Assembly (NCBI GenBank): GCA_963735805.1
Contig: CAVTMK010000002.1
Location: 640,001-704,000 of the forward strand
Length of the DNA: 64,000 nucleotides
Direction of reading: 5' to 3'
DNA from: an uncultured Verrucomicrobiae bacterium
GTDB taxonomy: Bacteria; Verrucomicrobiota; Verrucomicrobiia; Chthoniobacterales; UBA10450
Part shown: positions 18,706 through 29,399 of the stretch, piece after piece
Layout of the letters: every line of letters begins with the position of its first letter
How positions within the stretch are numbered: the stretch's first letter is position 1
Notes under the pieces: generated by a model
Databases searched by the model: none
Seen by the model: the letters and a program-made list of their open reading frames with translations, nothing else
Told to the model about the DNA's origin: nothing
Position numbers and translations under genes: made by a program

Positions 18706-20190
18706 ATGCAGCTCAAGAATCTCCTCTCCGCGACTGCAGTTCGCCAGATCATCGGGCCACTTGATCGCGCAGTGGAAAACATCGCGTATGACTCGCGGCG
18801 AGTGCAGAGGAATGGCATGTTCGTGGCGTTGCGGGGAGAGAAATCCGACGGCCACGAATTTATCGGCCAGGCAATCGAAAAAGGGGCATCGGTAATCGTT
18901 GCGGAACGCGAGGAACAAAATCCGCGCGCGACTTGTCTTGTTGTAGAGAACACGCGGACCGCGCTCGCTGACTTTGCGGAAACTTTTTACGGACACCCGG
19001 GGCGCAAATTAAAACTAACGGCGGTCACGGGCACGAACGGTAAAACCACCACGACATTTCTCATCAAGCACATTTGCGAAAATTCCGGCTTGCGTTGCGG
19101 ATTGATCGGGACAGTGCGCTACGAAATCGGTGAACGGGTGCTGCCTGCCATCCGCACGACGCCAGAATCGCTCGATTTACAGGAGCTATTGGCACAGATC
19201 GTCAACGCGGGCTGCAAAGCAGCAGCGATGGAAGTCTCATCGCATGCGCTCGCGCAGGACCGCACGCGTGGACTCGAATGGAACGTCGCTGTCTTTACGA
19301 ATCTTACGCAGGACCATCTCGATTTTCACGGGACTATGAAAAGCTACTTCGAATCAAAGGCGAAGCTTTTTACAGGACTGGGGAGTCAGAAAAAAAAGCG
19401 CAAACCCATTGCAATTGTGAATATCGATGACCGCTATGGCGAACAATTACTCGGCAATATCGACAAACGTATCGCGGTAATCACATATGGAATGGGAATG
19501 CGCGCTGAGTTCCGCGCTTCAAATTATCGCGTTGAGTCCAGCGGTACCTCTTATCAGCTGGATGCTCAAGGTAAGAGTTATCTCGTCCGCGTTCCTTTGA
19601 TAGGGCGGTTTAATGTCATAAACTCTGTGGCGGCGCTGGCTGCCGCCAACGCTCTTGGAATTAATTTGCGTGATGCTGTGGTTAGTCTTGGCAAGTCATC
19701 GCAGGTGCCGGGACGACTGGAATTGGTTCCGGCAAAACGACAATTCCAAGTTTTCGTGGATTACGCGCACACGCCCGACGCGCTGGGGAACGTGCTTAAA
19801 ACCCTGCGCGAGCTTGAGCCGCACCGGTTGATCGCCGTTTTTGGCTGCGGCGGTAATCGCGACCGGCAGAAGCGCCCTTTGATGGCCGAAATAGTAGATC
19901 GTCATGCTGATTTCGCCATCATTACCTCGGATAACCCGCGCAAGGAAAATCCGGACACGATCATCGCCGAGATCGAAAGGGGATTCCGTTCCACTCATTA
20001 CGAAAAAATTGTCGATCGTACTCAAGCTATTAATCGAGCTATTGAACTGGCACAGCCGCGGGACATTGTTTTGATCGCTGGCAAGGGGCACGAGAATTAC
20101 CAGGAGTTCGCCGATCACACCATTCCGTTCGACGATATTCAAGTCGCGCGACGTGCGATCGAAGACCATCCCGTGGAGTTTTTGTCATGA
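18706..20190 (+). CDS. murE: UDP-MurNAc-dipeptide--meso-diaminopimelate ligase
   Basis: GTNGKTT, MEVSSH, DYAHTPD and the DAP-specific DNPR motif. Confidence 0.96.
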   Translation: MQLKNLLSATAVRQIIGPLDRAVENIAYDSRRVQRNGMFVALRGEKSDGHEFIGQAIEKGASVIVAEREEQNPRATCLVVENTRTALADFAETFYGHPGRKLKLTAVTGTNGKTTTTFLIKHICENSGLRCGLIGTVRYEIGERVLPAIRTTPESLDLQELLAQIVNAGCKAAAMEVSSHALAQDRTRGLEWNVAVFTNLTQDHLDFHGTMKSYFESKAKLFTGLGSQKKKRKPIAIVNIDDRYGEQLLGNIDKRIAVITYGMGMRAEFRASNYRVESSGTSYQLDAQGKSYLVRVPLIGRFNVINSVAALAAANALGINLRDAVVSLGKSSQVPGRLELVPAKRQFQVFVDYAHTPDALGNVLKTLRELEPHRLIAVFGCGGNRDRQKRPLMAEIVDRHADFAIITSDNPRKENPDTIIAEIERGFRSTHYEKIVDRTQAINRAIELAQPRDIVLIAGKGHENYQEFADHTIPFDDIQVARRAIEDHPVEFLS

Positions 20191-20245
20191 CATTTTTGTT
20201 TGGGAATTCGGCGGTGCGTGACGCGCATTCTCCAATTCTGCCGTT

Positions 20246-21640
20246 ATGAACCCGCTTTCACTTTTCCAAATTGCGCAATTATCTGGAGGCTCGCTTTCGT
20301 CCGGAGACGGAACGATTGCCGTCGATACGATCAGCACGGATTCGCGCACGATTAAGCGCGGCGAACTATTCGTCGCGTTACGTGGCGAGAATTACGATGG
20401 CCACAACTTTGTAGAAGCCACGGCAATCGCCGGCGCAACCGGTGCAATCGTTGATTCCATTTGGAAGGGAAACGTGCCTGAGAATTTCGCGCTCATTCGT
20501 GCAAAGGACACATTGCAGGCGTACCAGCGACTCGCTGCTAATTACAGGAAGTCGCTTCCGCTCAGCGTCATTGCGATTACCGGAAGCAACGGCAAGACGA
20601 GCACCAAAGACTTCGCTGCGGCGGTTCTCGCCCGCCGGTTTCAGGTCACGAAAACACAGGGAAACTTCAATAATCACGTCGGCTTGCCTCGAACAATTCT
20701 GGAGGCCTCGTCACGAGACGAAGTTGCAGTTTGGGAAATCGGAATGAATCACCCCGGCGAAATTGCAATGCTTTCGAGAGTCGCTGCGCCCGATGTTGGC
20801 ATCATTACAAATATCGGTGTCGCGCATATCGAGTTTATGGGATCGCGCGAAAAAATTGCTGAGGAGAAAGGCGCGCTTGCAGAGACAGTCGGCGCCGATG
20901 GAACGGTCATCCTGAATGCTGACGATCCCTTCAGCGAGAGGATTGCGGCTCGCACGCGTGGCAGAGTGATCTTAGCCGGAACAACTGCTGGCACGATTCG
21001 TGCCAGTGAGATTAACCAGAGCGGCAGCGCAACAGATTTTACGATTCTCGAAGGCGCTCATCGCTGCCGGGCTCAATTGCCAGTCCCCGGTCTGCATATG
21101 GTACAGAACGCATTGCTGGCCGTCGCGGCCGGTCGTGTCTTTGGTCTTTCCCTAGAAGAATGCGCGGCCGGCCTGGTCGCTGCTCCGCTCACCAAAGCCC
21201 GTTTGCAAGTCAAGGAAATCCGCGGTGTGCAATTTCTCGACGACAGCTACAACGCAAATCCCGATTCCATGAAAGCGGCGTTGCGAACGCTGGTTGAATT
21301 GGATGCCGACGGCCAACGGATCGCTGTGTTGGGCGAGATGCGTGAATTGGGCGATGAATCGGAGCGTGCACATCGCGAAGTAGGCGAAACGGCGGCCGGG
21401 TTAAGAGTCGATCATCTGATTGCGATCGGAAGCGTGGCTGCAAGCATTGCAGAGGCGGCAAAACAGGCTGGGCTGCAAAACAGCTCGACCGTAGCTTCAA
21501 CTGCTGAAGCCGCTGAACTCTTGACAGAGGTCGCCGCGCCCGGCGACCTCGTGCTTATCAAGGGCAGTCGCCTGGCCCGCACAGAGCAGGTCATCGACAC
21601 ATTCCGCAAACTGCGATCAGTAATCGCCAATTCGCCATGA
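20246..21640 (+). CDS. murF: UDP-MurNAc-tripeptide--D-Ala-D-Ala ligase
   Basis: GSNGKTSTK, EIGMNHPGEI, DDSYNANPDSM, KGSR. Confidence 0.96.
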   Translation: MNPLSLFQIAQLSGGSLSSGDGTIAVDTISTDSRTIKRGELFVALRGENYDGHNFVEATAIAGATGAIVDSIWKGNVPENFALIRAKDTLQAYQRLAANYRKSLPLSVIAITGSNGKTSTKDFAAAVLARRFQVTKTQGNFNNHVGLPRTILEASSRDEVAVWEIGMNHPGEIAMLSRVAAPDVGIITNIGVAHIEFMGSREKIAEEKGALAETVGADGTVILNADDPFSERIAARTRGRVILAGTTAGTIRASEINQSGSATDFTILEGAHRCRAQLPVPGLHMVQNALLAVAAGRVFGLSLEECAAGLVAAPLTKARLQVKEIRGVQFLDDSYNANPDSMKAALRTLVELDADGQRIAVLGEMRELGDESERAHREVGETAAGLRVDHLIAIGSVAASIAEAAKQAGLQNSSTVASTAEAAELLTEVAAPGDLVLIKGSRLARTEQVIDTFRKLRSVIANSP

Positions 21641-22737
21641 TGTACTTTCTCCATCACCTGAGCGATCGGTTCATTGGCTTCAACGTTTTTCTTTATGTCA
21701 CGTTCAGGGCCATTGCCGCGGCGGTGACGGCCTTCCTGTTCACCCTGATTTTTGGAAACTTTATTATTCGAAGATTGATCGCCCTGAAATTGGGCCAACC
21801 GATTCGCGGAGCGGCGGAAGTTCATCGTCTGGCTGAACTCCACGGTGTTAAACAAGGAACGCCCACCATGGGTGGCGTGCTGGTTATCGGCTCTGTCTTT
21901 GTGTCCAGTCTGATCTGGGCGCGCCTTGATAACCGCTTCGTTTGGCTGGTCCTGTTTTGCATGGTCTATCTCGGTGGCCTCGGTTTCGCTGACGATTATC
22001 TCAAGGTTACGAAGAAGAAGTCCGATGGGATCAGCGGCCGGATCAAACTGGTTTTTCAGATTGCTCTGGCCTTGATCGTCACGGCCGTTTTTCTCACCAG
22101 TCCGCTATTGGAAGTACAAGCCCGTTCTCTCTATGTGCCGTTCATTAAAGCACCGGTCATTGCAAATATGGGCTGGTTTACCTTCATATTTTTTCTTCTC
22201 GTTATTGTCGGTTCCTCAAACGCCGTCAATCTTACCGACGGTCTGGATGGTCTGGCGATTGGGTGCACCGTCACCGTGGCATTTGCATATGCTCTGCTCT
22301 CATACGCTGCCGGGAATTTTCGGATTGCCGAATATTTGCAGGTTCCTTTTTATCCATTTGCCGGAGAACTGACTGTTGTCTGCTCCGCACTGGTCGGCGC
22401 GGGTTTGGGCTTCCTCTGGTTCAATTGTTTCCCGGCGAAAGTTTTCATGGGCGATACCGGATCGCTGTCGATCGGAGGCATGCTTGGCGTCGTGGCGATC
22501 TGCTGCAAACAGGAGCTGCTCTTGACCGTCGTAGGCGGCGTCTTCGTGATCGAAGCCGTCTCAGTGATTCTACAGGTAATGAGTTTCAAACTGACGGGCA
22601 AACGGATTTTCGTCATGTCTCCACTTCATCATCACTTTGAATTGACGGGCTGGAAGGAAAACACAGTCATCGTTCGCTTTTGGATTCTCTCGATCATCTT
22701 TGCGTTGCTTGGTCTTGCCACACTGAAATTGAGGTAA
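21637..22737 (+). CDS. mraY: Phospho-N-acetylmuramoyl-pentapeptide transferase
   Basis: GTPTMGG, DDYLK, NAVNLTDGLDGL, FMGDTGS, PLHHHFE. Confidence 0.97.
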   Translation: MMYFLHHLSDRFIGFNVFLYVTFRAIAAAVTAFLFTLIFGNFIIRRLIALKLGQPIRGAAEVHRLAELHGVKQGTPTMGGVLVIGSVFVSSLIWARLDNRFVWLVLFCMVYLGGLGFADDYLKVTKKKSDGISGRIKLVFQIALALIVTAVFLTSPLLEVQARSLYVPFIKAPVIANMGWFTFIFFLLVIVGSSNAVNLTDGLDGLAIGCTVTVAFAYALLSYAAGNFRIAEYLQVPFYPFAGELTVVCSALVGAGLGFLWFNCFPAKVFMGDTGSLSIGGMLGVVAICCKQELLLTVVGGVFVIEAVSVILQVMSFKLTGKRIFVMSPLHHHFELTGWKENTVIVRFWILSIIFALLGLATLKLR

Positions 22738-22740
22738 AAC

Positions 22741-24075
22741 GTGCCCTACAAGAATCAGAATATTGCCGTGCTTGGTGCGGGATTGAGTGGGAGCGCTGCG
22801 GCGCTGCTTCTCAGATCGGAGGGCGCGCACGTCACAGTGCTCGATAGCGCTGAAGAGAAAAACTTACTCAAATCAACCATCGACAATCTGCGGATGCAGG
22901 ATGTTCGCGTAATCTGCGGAGCAGCTGCGGATGAAGACTCGTCTACGTATCAAATGGCGGTTTTGAGTCCGGGTATTGATCCGGCTTCCCGGTTGGTGCG
23001 CAATTTCTCGTCGCGTAGTATCGATATTATCGGCGAGCTCGAACTGGGTTGGCGCTCTTCCGAAATTCCGGTCATCGCAGTCACTGGCACAAACGGCAAA
23101 ACGACAACTACCGAATTGTTGGCTCAGATGCTGAATGCTTGTGGTCAGCGAACGATTGCGTGCGGAAATATTGGGAAACCGCTCTCCGAGGTGGCGCGAG
23201 AAAAACAGCGGTTCGACGTCCTGACAGTGGAGGTGAGCTCGTTCCAATTGGAAACGATTCGCACCTTTCACCCAGCCATCAGTCTCTGGCTCAATTTCGC
23301 TCCCGATCATCTCGATCGTTATCGGTCCGTGGCGGAATATCGCGCCGCCAAGCTGCGGATTTTTGAAAATCAAACCGATGCTGACATTGCTGTGGTCAAC
23401 GCCGTCGAAAAAATACCGGGAATACGTCCGCGTACGATCACGTTCAGTGCCTACGTCAATCACGCTGACTTCCGGGTCTCGGAAGGCACGATCCTATACC
23501 GCAACGAACCGGTCTTGAGATTGGCAGATATCAGACTGCGTGGTCTGCATAATATCGAGAATTTGATGGCCACCCTCGCCGTCGGTATGGCGCGCGGATT
23601 GTCGTTTCAAGAGATGCTGCCGCCGCTTAGCGCTTATGAACCGCGTCCGCATCGCTGTGAATTTGTACGCGAAGTCAACGGCGTCGCCTACATGAACGAT
23701 TCGAAGGCCACCAACCTCGACGCCATGGACAAGGCGTTGCGCGCGCAAAGCAAGCCGGTTGTCCTGATCGCCGGTGGCAAGGACAAGGGATTCAGTTTTG
23801 ATCCACTTCGCTCGCTTGTGAAGGAGAAGGTCAGATCGACGATTTTGATCGGCGAAATGGCCGAGAATATCAGCCGCTCCTGGGCTGGGGCGGTCAAATC
23901 CGAGATCGCGAGTTCGCTCGCCGACGCAGTAGAGCGCGCACATGCCAGCGCCAAACCAGGAGAAATCGTTCTTTTTTCTCCGGGCACCTCTTCTTTCGAC
24001 ATGTTCAAGAGCTACGCCGATCGCGGCGATCAATTTCGCGCGCTCGTGCAAGCTTTGCCTCAAAACGAACGATGA
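22741..24075 (+). CDS. murD: UDP-MurNAc-L-Ala--D-glutamate ligase
   Basis: GTNGKTT, EVSSFQL, DHLDRY, NDSKATN, SFDMF...RGDQF. Confidence 0.96.
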   Translation: MPYKNQNIAVLGAGLSGSAAALLLRSEGAHVTVLDSAEEKNLLKSTIDNLRMQDVRVICGAAADEDSSTYQMAVLSPGIDPASRLVRNFSSRSIDIIGELELGWRSSEIPVIAVTGTNGKTTTTELLAQMLNACGQRTIACGNIGKPLSEVAREKQRFDVLTVEVSSFQLETIRTFHPAISLWLNFAPDHLDRYRSVAEYRAAKLRIFENQTDADIAVVNAVEKIPGIRPRTITFSAYVNHADFRVSEGTILYRNEPVLRLADIRLRGLHNIENLMATLAVGMARGLSFQEMLPPLSAYEPRPHRCEFVREVNGVAYMNDSKATNLDAMDKALRAQSKPVVLIAGGKDKGFSFDPLRSLVKEKVRSTILIGEMAENISRSWAGAVKSEIASSLADAVERAHASAKPGEIVLFSPGTSSFDMFKSYADRGDQFRALVQALPQNER

Positions 24076-24743
24076 AAATCCCGCGCCTCCTGAGACGTAA
24101 CAAACTCTGGGCTGCAACTGCTCGTCGTTCCTCAGCCGCGTCTGCCGGAATGGACTTTGAAGAAATGCCGGAGCCGAACATGAAATTGTCACGAGCCCTG
24201 TTGATTGTTTTGCTTCTGCACGTCGTCGCTGTGTCCGGAATTATCGCGTTCAACGCGATTAAAACCCGGGAGAGTTCCTTTGTTCCGGCATCGTTGGCAA
24301 ACGCGGAACCTAAACCGTCCGCGACGGTGAGCGCACCAATTCATGCCGATGGCGCCAAGGCGCAGACTGCCGCTGCTCACAAAGAGACCACACCCCGCGA
24401 AGATCCAAAACCGTCACATTCGTTTTCGACATTATCCTCAAAAGACGACCAGGCGAACGCACCATCCGTCGCCAAGGCTATCGCGAGCAACCCCGTTTCT
24501 TCCGGGACGACATACGTCGTGAAGAAGGGCGATAATCCGGTGACGATCGCGAAAAAACTAAAGGTCCATTACGACGATCTGATTGCGCTCAACCATATCG
24601 AGGATCCGCGCAAATTACGGATTGGCCAAAAACTGTTAATTCCTAAGACAACAACGCCAAAATCGACGAAGGGAAAAGCAGCGAACTCCAAAGAGAAAAA
24701 AACTGAAGTGCGCCATGCAAAGCAACAAGCGCACTCGACATAA
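24072..24743 (+). CDS. Membrane-anchored LysM protein
   Basis: One TM, low-complexity linker and LysM YVVKKGDNPVTIAKK...LRIGQKLLIP. Confidence 0.88.
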   Translation: MKIPRLLRRNKLWAATARRSSAASAGMDFEEMPEPNMKLSRALLIVLLLHVVAVSGIIAFNAIKTRESSFVPASLANAEPKPSATVSAPIHADGAKAQTAAAHKETTPREDPKPSHSFSTLSSKDDQANAPSVAKAIASNPVSSGTTYVVKKGDNPVTIAKKLKVHYDDLIALNHIEDPRKLRIGQKLLIPKTTTPKSTKGKAANSKEKKTEVRHAKQQAHST

Positions 24744-24745
24744 CC

Positions 24746-25888
24746 ATGCATCGTAAGAGCGCTTACATTCTTTTTCTCGCTGTGCTGGGACTCCTCGTGA
24801 TCGGTATTGTCATGCTATTCAGCACGAGCGCGTTTGCGCGGGATAGTCATGGAGACGTCTATTTTTTCATAAAGCGACAGGCGATTTGGTTCGGGATTGG
24901 CCTGGCGGTCTGCGTCCTTGCGGCGCTGGTCGATTATCACTTTTGGCAACGGACGTGGTGGCTGTGGTTTACACTGGCGTTGGTCGCTCTGGCGCTTTGC
25001 TATTTTCCCCATATCGGAATGCGTCTTAACGGATCGCGCCGATGGATCGGCCTCGGTCCGCTTACCTTTCAGCCCTCAGAACTGGCGAAGCTGGCGGCAA
25101 TTGTTTTCCTCGCTGCCTGGTTCGCGCGATACGAAGAGCCAGGACGCAATCTCGTTTTTGGACTGATTGTTCCGCTTGGAATCGTTAGTCTGCTGGCCGC
25201 ACTCGTTTTAGCAGAGGTTGATTTGGGAACGACGGCTTTGTTGGGAACAACGGCGTTTGTCATAATGTTTGTTGCCGGCGCAAATCCAATATGGCTGGGC
25301 ATGATATCGTTTGCCGGTCTTGGCACGCTTCTGATCGTTGCCAGCCGAATCTCAGAACGCATGGGGCGGTTGGCCGCTTTTCTTCATCCGCAGAACTACA
25401 AGGATGACGCTGGCTTGCAGCAGATGCAGGCATTGATCGCATGGGGCAGCGGCGGAACGGAAGGGCTTGGTCTGGGCAACGGTCGGCAAAAAATGCTTTA
25501 TCTGCCGTACGCGCACACCGATTTCATTTTTCCAATTATCGGCGAAGAGCTCGGTCTGCGGTTCAGTCTGCTCGTGATCTTTTTGTTCGTGGTTATCATT
25601 GTTTGCGGCGTCATGATCGCGCTGCACGCTAAAGATCGTTTCGGTCTGCTCCTTGGATGTGGCGTTGTTTCGCTGCTCGCTCTTCAAGCGGCAGTCAACA
25701 TCGGTGTGACAACATCGCTTTTACCGAACAAAGGACTGCCGCTGCCATTCATTAGTTATGGTGGCTCGAACCTAGTCGCGTGCATGTTCGGAATCGGGCT
25801 ATTACTGAACATATATCGGCAGGGCATTCTCGAGCCGCCGAACAAGAAACCTGTCGCGATGCGGGTACGCGTAACGCCACGGATTTAG
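24746..25888 (+). CDS. ftsW: SEDS peptidoglycan glycosyltransferase FtsW
   Basis: RRWI, FQPSELAK, HTDFIF, PNKGLPLPFISYGGS. Confidence 0.95.
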   Translation: MHRKSAYILFLAVLGLLVIGIVMLFSTSAFARDSHGDVYFFIKRQAIWFGIGLAVCVLAALVDYHFWQRTWWLWFTLALVALALCYFPHIGMRLNGSRRWIGLGPLTFQPSELAKLAAIVFLAAWFARYEEPGRNLVFGLIVPLGIVSLLAALVLAEVDLGTTALLGTTAFVIMFVAGANPIWLGMISFAGLGTLLIVASRISERMGRLAAFLHPQNYKDDAGLQQMQALIAWGSGGTEGLGLGNGRQKMLYLPYAHTDFIFPIIGEELGLRFSLLVIFLFVVIIVCGVMIALHAKDRFGLLLGCGVVSLLALQAAVNIGVTTSLLPNKGLPLPFISYGGSNLVACMFGIGLLLNIYRQGILEPPNKKPVAMRVRVTPRI

Positions 25889-25949
25889 CACCAATGAATT
25901 CAATAAAATTGTATTAGTCGTATGAGTCAGAGATGAGGAATCAGATCTT

Positions 25950-27047
25950 ATGAATGCAGTGATCGCATGCGGAGGAACTGGTGGACATCTCTTTCCCGGG
26001 ATCGCCGTGGCAGAAGTGCTGCGCGACCGCGGCCACGAAGTGATGCTGTTAGTTTCAGAGAAAGACATTGATGCTTTGGCACTTTCCGGTCGCGAAAGTT
26101 TCCGAGTGGAAAAATTGCCCACCGTGGGACTCCCGTCGCCATTTTCCCCGGCTTTTTTTGGTTTCCTTGGCCGTTTTTACGAAAGCCTGGCGCTTTGCCG
26201 TTCCATTTACCGTACATTCAAACCCCAGGTCGTCCTGGGGATGGGCGGATTTACTTCCACCGCGCCAGTACTCGCAGGTCGGATACGTGGCATCCCCACT
26301 TTCATTCACGAATCAAACGCGGTTCCTGGAAAAGCGAACCGTTTAACGGCGCGGATAGTGCGCACAGTCATGCTCGGTTTTAAGGAATGCGCGCCTTTTT
26401 TCCCAAAGACCAATACAGAAGTGACAGGCACCCCGGTTCGGACCGAGCTGGTTCGTTTGGATCGACTGCTGGCGCGTCAAAAACTCGGGTTACGCGATGA
26501 CCTTCCCACGCTGCTTGTAATGGGAGGCAGCCAGGGCGCGAGCGGAATTAATCAGGCAATGATTAAAGCGCTCCCGTTTTTGCGGAGCGCTGCGTTGCAA
26601 GTGATCCACCTTTCCGGCACACGCGATGAACGTCTGCTCGCGGATAATTATCGTCGCGAAAATGTTTCCGCGCATATCGCTGCCTTTCATCATCGAATGG
26701 AAGAAGCTTATAGCGCTGCCGATCTCGTGGTTGCGCGTGCCGGGGCGGCCAGTCTCGCAGAGTTCGCCGCCTTTTCATTGCCCGGCATCCTGATTCCATT
26801 TCCGTATGCGACCGATGATCATCAAACCCGCAACGCGGAGATCTATGCTCGTGTTCAGGCAGCGATTCTCCTCAGGGAGTCAGAACTCTCCGGCGAACTG
26901 CTCGCGCGAAAAATTCGGGAGTTGATCGAAGATCCGGAACGGATTCGGCAAATGGCTATGAATTCCTCGCGCCTGGCGCCGCAAGACGCGGCCGGGCGCG
27001 TCGCCACGACCATGGAAAGATATACAACCCATGAAGCCCGTCTCTGA
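25950..27047 (+). CDS. murG: Lipid II synthase (GlcNAc transferase)
   Basis: GGTGGHLFPG, HESN, GGSQGA, RAGA, DHQTRNA. Confidence 0.96.
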   Translation: MNAVIACGGTGGHLFPGIAVAEVLRDRGHEVMLLVSEKDIDALALSGRESFRVEKLPTVGLPSPFSPAFFGFLGRFYESLALCRSIYRTFKPQVVLGMGGFTSTAPVLAGRIRGIPTFIHESNAVPGKANRLTARIVRTVMLGFKECAPFFPKTNTEVTGTPVRTELVRLDRLLARQKLGLRDDLPTLLVMGGSQGASGINQAMIKALPFLRSAALQVIHLSGTRDERLLADNYRRENVSAHIAAFHHRMEEAYSAADLVVARAGAASLAEFAAFSLPGILIPFPYATDDHQTRNAEIYARVQAAILLRESELSGELLARKIRELIEDPERIRQMAMNSSRLAPQDAAGRVATTMERYTTHEARL

Positions 27048-29397
27048 AAATCACGGCGTGGGCGCGCAACCTCCGCCGTGGACCGGCCCCGTTGCCACGA
27101 GCGAGCGCGCCGTACCGCTTGATCTACCCGGGTTTCTGACGCGTGAGCATCACCGGGTTCATTTAGTTGGTGTCGCCGGCAGTGGTATGAGTGGTATCGC
27201 TGCGCTTTTGATCGAGCTCGGGCACACAGTCAGCGGATCGGACAAGGTTCGTACAATGGAAACGGATCGATTGCAGCGCCTCGGTTTGCGTTTTTCTGAG
27301 CAGCATCGACCGGAGGATACTGACGCCACTGAGCTCATTGTCTTTTCTTCCGCGATCAAGAGCGACAATCCAATTCTTATTGGTGCGCGCAATTGTGGAA
27401 AACCAACCGTACGACGCGCCGAAGCTTTGGCCGCGATCATGCGCCATAAACGTGGCGTGCTCATCGCCGGAATGCACGGCAAGACGACAACCTCGGCAAT
27501 GACGGCACACGTGTTGCGCGAAGGCGGGTTGCATCCGTCCCATTACGTCGGCGCCGAGATTCCGATTCTGGGAACGAACGCGCACTGGGATTCGCGCGGG
27601 GAATATTTTGTCGCCGAAGGAGACGAAAGCGACGGCACGATCGCGCTCTTTCGCCCGGAGCACACGCTGATTCTCAACATCGAGGAGGAGCACCTCGATT
27701 TTTATGCCGACCTGAGTGCGATTGAAAGGGTTTTCGCACAACTGATTACTCAAACCACCGGCAAAGTGTTCTATAACATCGACGAGAAGAACGCTGCGCG
27801 GATAGGTCGATCTTTGACTCGTGGAATTTCCTACGGTTTCGCCGACAACGCCGATTATCGCGCTGTAGATATTAGGCTGGAAAGTTTTGGTTCAACCTTC
27901 CAGGTAAAACATCGCGCACAAGAACTCGGCGAAGCGGTTTTGAATGTGCCGGGGGAGCATAACGTCCACAATGCGCTGGGAGTGATCGCGCTTGCATCGG
28001 AGCTCGGCGTCGCGTTTGAAAAAATCGCGAAATCGCTTGCGAAATTCGAGCACGCGCGCCGCCGGTTCGAAATCAAATACGATAGCCCGCGATTTCTTTT
28101 AGTGGATGATTACGGACATCATCCAACTGAGATCCGAGCCACGGTAAGGACAGCGAGATCGGTGGGGCGCAAGCGCGTGCTCACGATGTTTCAACCGCAC
28201 CGTTATTCGCGCACGAAAGCATTGCGAACGGAATTTGGTCGCGCGTTCGACGATGCAGACCGCGTGGTCGTGACGGACGTTTATGGATCGAATGAAGCGC
28301 CAATTCCGGGAGTGACGGGACGAATGATCGCAGACGAAATCGCAGCGCACGGACATCAAGGCGCCAGTTATGAGCCCCGGTTGGAACGGGTCCATCGAGT
28401 GGTAGGCAACATGCTCGAGTCCGGCGATCTAATTTTGAGTCTCGGGGCGGGAAATATCCACGAGCAATTATCTGTCCTCGCTGCAGACTTGGTGATCGCG
28501 GAGAAATTGAAGGCGATCGTGGGTGAAGATGGTGACGTCCGTCTTTACGAGCCGCTCTCAAAACATACGACTTTGCGCGTGGGCGGTCCAGCGCAATTCT
28601 GGGTCGAGCCGCCGAATGAGAAGGCTTTGGCCGAATTGATCAGGTTTTGCCGGGACGACAATCTTCCACTTTTCGTGATGGGGCGCGGATCAAATCTTCT
28701 GGTCCGCGATGGTGGTATTCGCGGTCTGGTCGTTCATCCGCGCGGGGGCGACTTCGACCAGATCGAAATCAACGGTGCTGAAATCACCGCGGGCGTTGGG
28801 GCGAAATTAAAGGAAGTGGCGTATGCGGGGAAGGCGGCCGGCATCGGGGGGCTGGAGTGGATGGAAGGAATACCAGGTGCCGTTGGTGGCGGCTTGCGCA
28901 TGAACGCAGGCGCGATGGGGGCGCAAACTTTCGAGAACGTCGTGCGTGTTCGTTATCTTGATTCGAATGGCGACGCGCATACAAAGACGCGCGACGAATT
29001 GGAAGTCTATTACCGCAATTTCCCGTTGCTGGAGAAAAATTTCGCCGTGTCTGCCGTTTTTCGCGGCCAGCCTGCGCCCGTCCAGGAAATCGCGCGCAAG
29101 CTGGAAGCGTCGCAGGAGAAACGGCGCACATCACAACCCGCGGCGAAAAGCGCCGGCTGCATTTTCAAAAATCCTGATTCATGCCCCGCGGGGAAGCTCG
29201 TTGACGAGTTGGGCTTAAAAAATTTCCGTGTTGGAAGAGCGCGAGTATCCGAGATACACGGTAATTTCATTGTCAACGACGGCGGCGCGACCGCAGCCGA
29301 AGTGCTGGAATTAATCGACAAAATCAAGGCGACTGCGCGGACTAAACGCGGAATCGAGTTGGAGACCGAAGTGCAAATCGTGGGAGAGCCGGGGTGA
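27031..29397 (+). CDS. murC-murB: Bifunctional MurC-MurB fusion
   Basis: N-terminal half: GVAGSGMSG, HGKTTTS, EGDESD, DDYGHHPTE, FQPHRYSR. C-terminal half: HTTLRVGG, GSNLL, MNAGA, SAGCIFKNP, HGNFIVN, LETEV. One continuous ORF. Confidence 0.93.
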   Translation: MKPVSENHGVGAQPPPWTGPVATSERAVPLDLPGFLTREHHRVHLVGVAGSGMSGIAALLIELGHTVSGSDKVRTMETDRLQRLGLRFSEQHRPEDTDATELIVFSSAIKSDNPILIGARNCGKPTVRRAEALAAIMRHKRGVLIAGMHGKTTTSAMTAHVLREGGLHPSHYVGAEIPILGTNAHWDSRGEYFVAEGDESDGTIALFRPEHTLILNIEEEHLDFYADLSAIERVFAQLITQTTGKVFYNIDEKNAARIGRSLTRGISYGFADNADYRAVDIRLESFGSTFQVKHRAQELGEAVLNVPGEHNVHNALGVIALASELGVAFEKIAKSLAKFEHARRRFEIKYDSPRFLLVDDYGHHPTEIRATVRTARSVGRKRVLTMFQPHRYSRTKALRTEFGRAFDDADRVVVTDVYGSNEAPIPGVTGRMIADEIAAHGHQGASYEPRLERVHRVVGNMLESGDLILSLGAGNIHEQLSVLAADLVIAEKLKAIVGEDGDVRLYEPLSKHTTLRVGGPAQFWVEPPNEKALAELIRFCRDDNLPLFVMGRGSNLLVRDGGIRGLVVHPRGGDFDQIEINGAEITAGVGAKLKEVAYAGKAAGIGGLEWMEGIPGAVGGGLRMNAGAMGAQTFENVVRVRYLDSNGDAHTKTRDELEVYYRNFPLLEKNFAVSAVFRGQPAPVQEIARKLEASQEKRRTSQPAAKSAGCIFKNPDSCPAGKLVDELGLKNFRVGRARVSEIHGNFIVNDGGATAAEVLELIDKIKATARTKRGIELETEVQIVGEPG

Positions 29398-29399
29398 TA

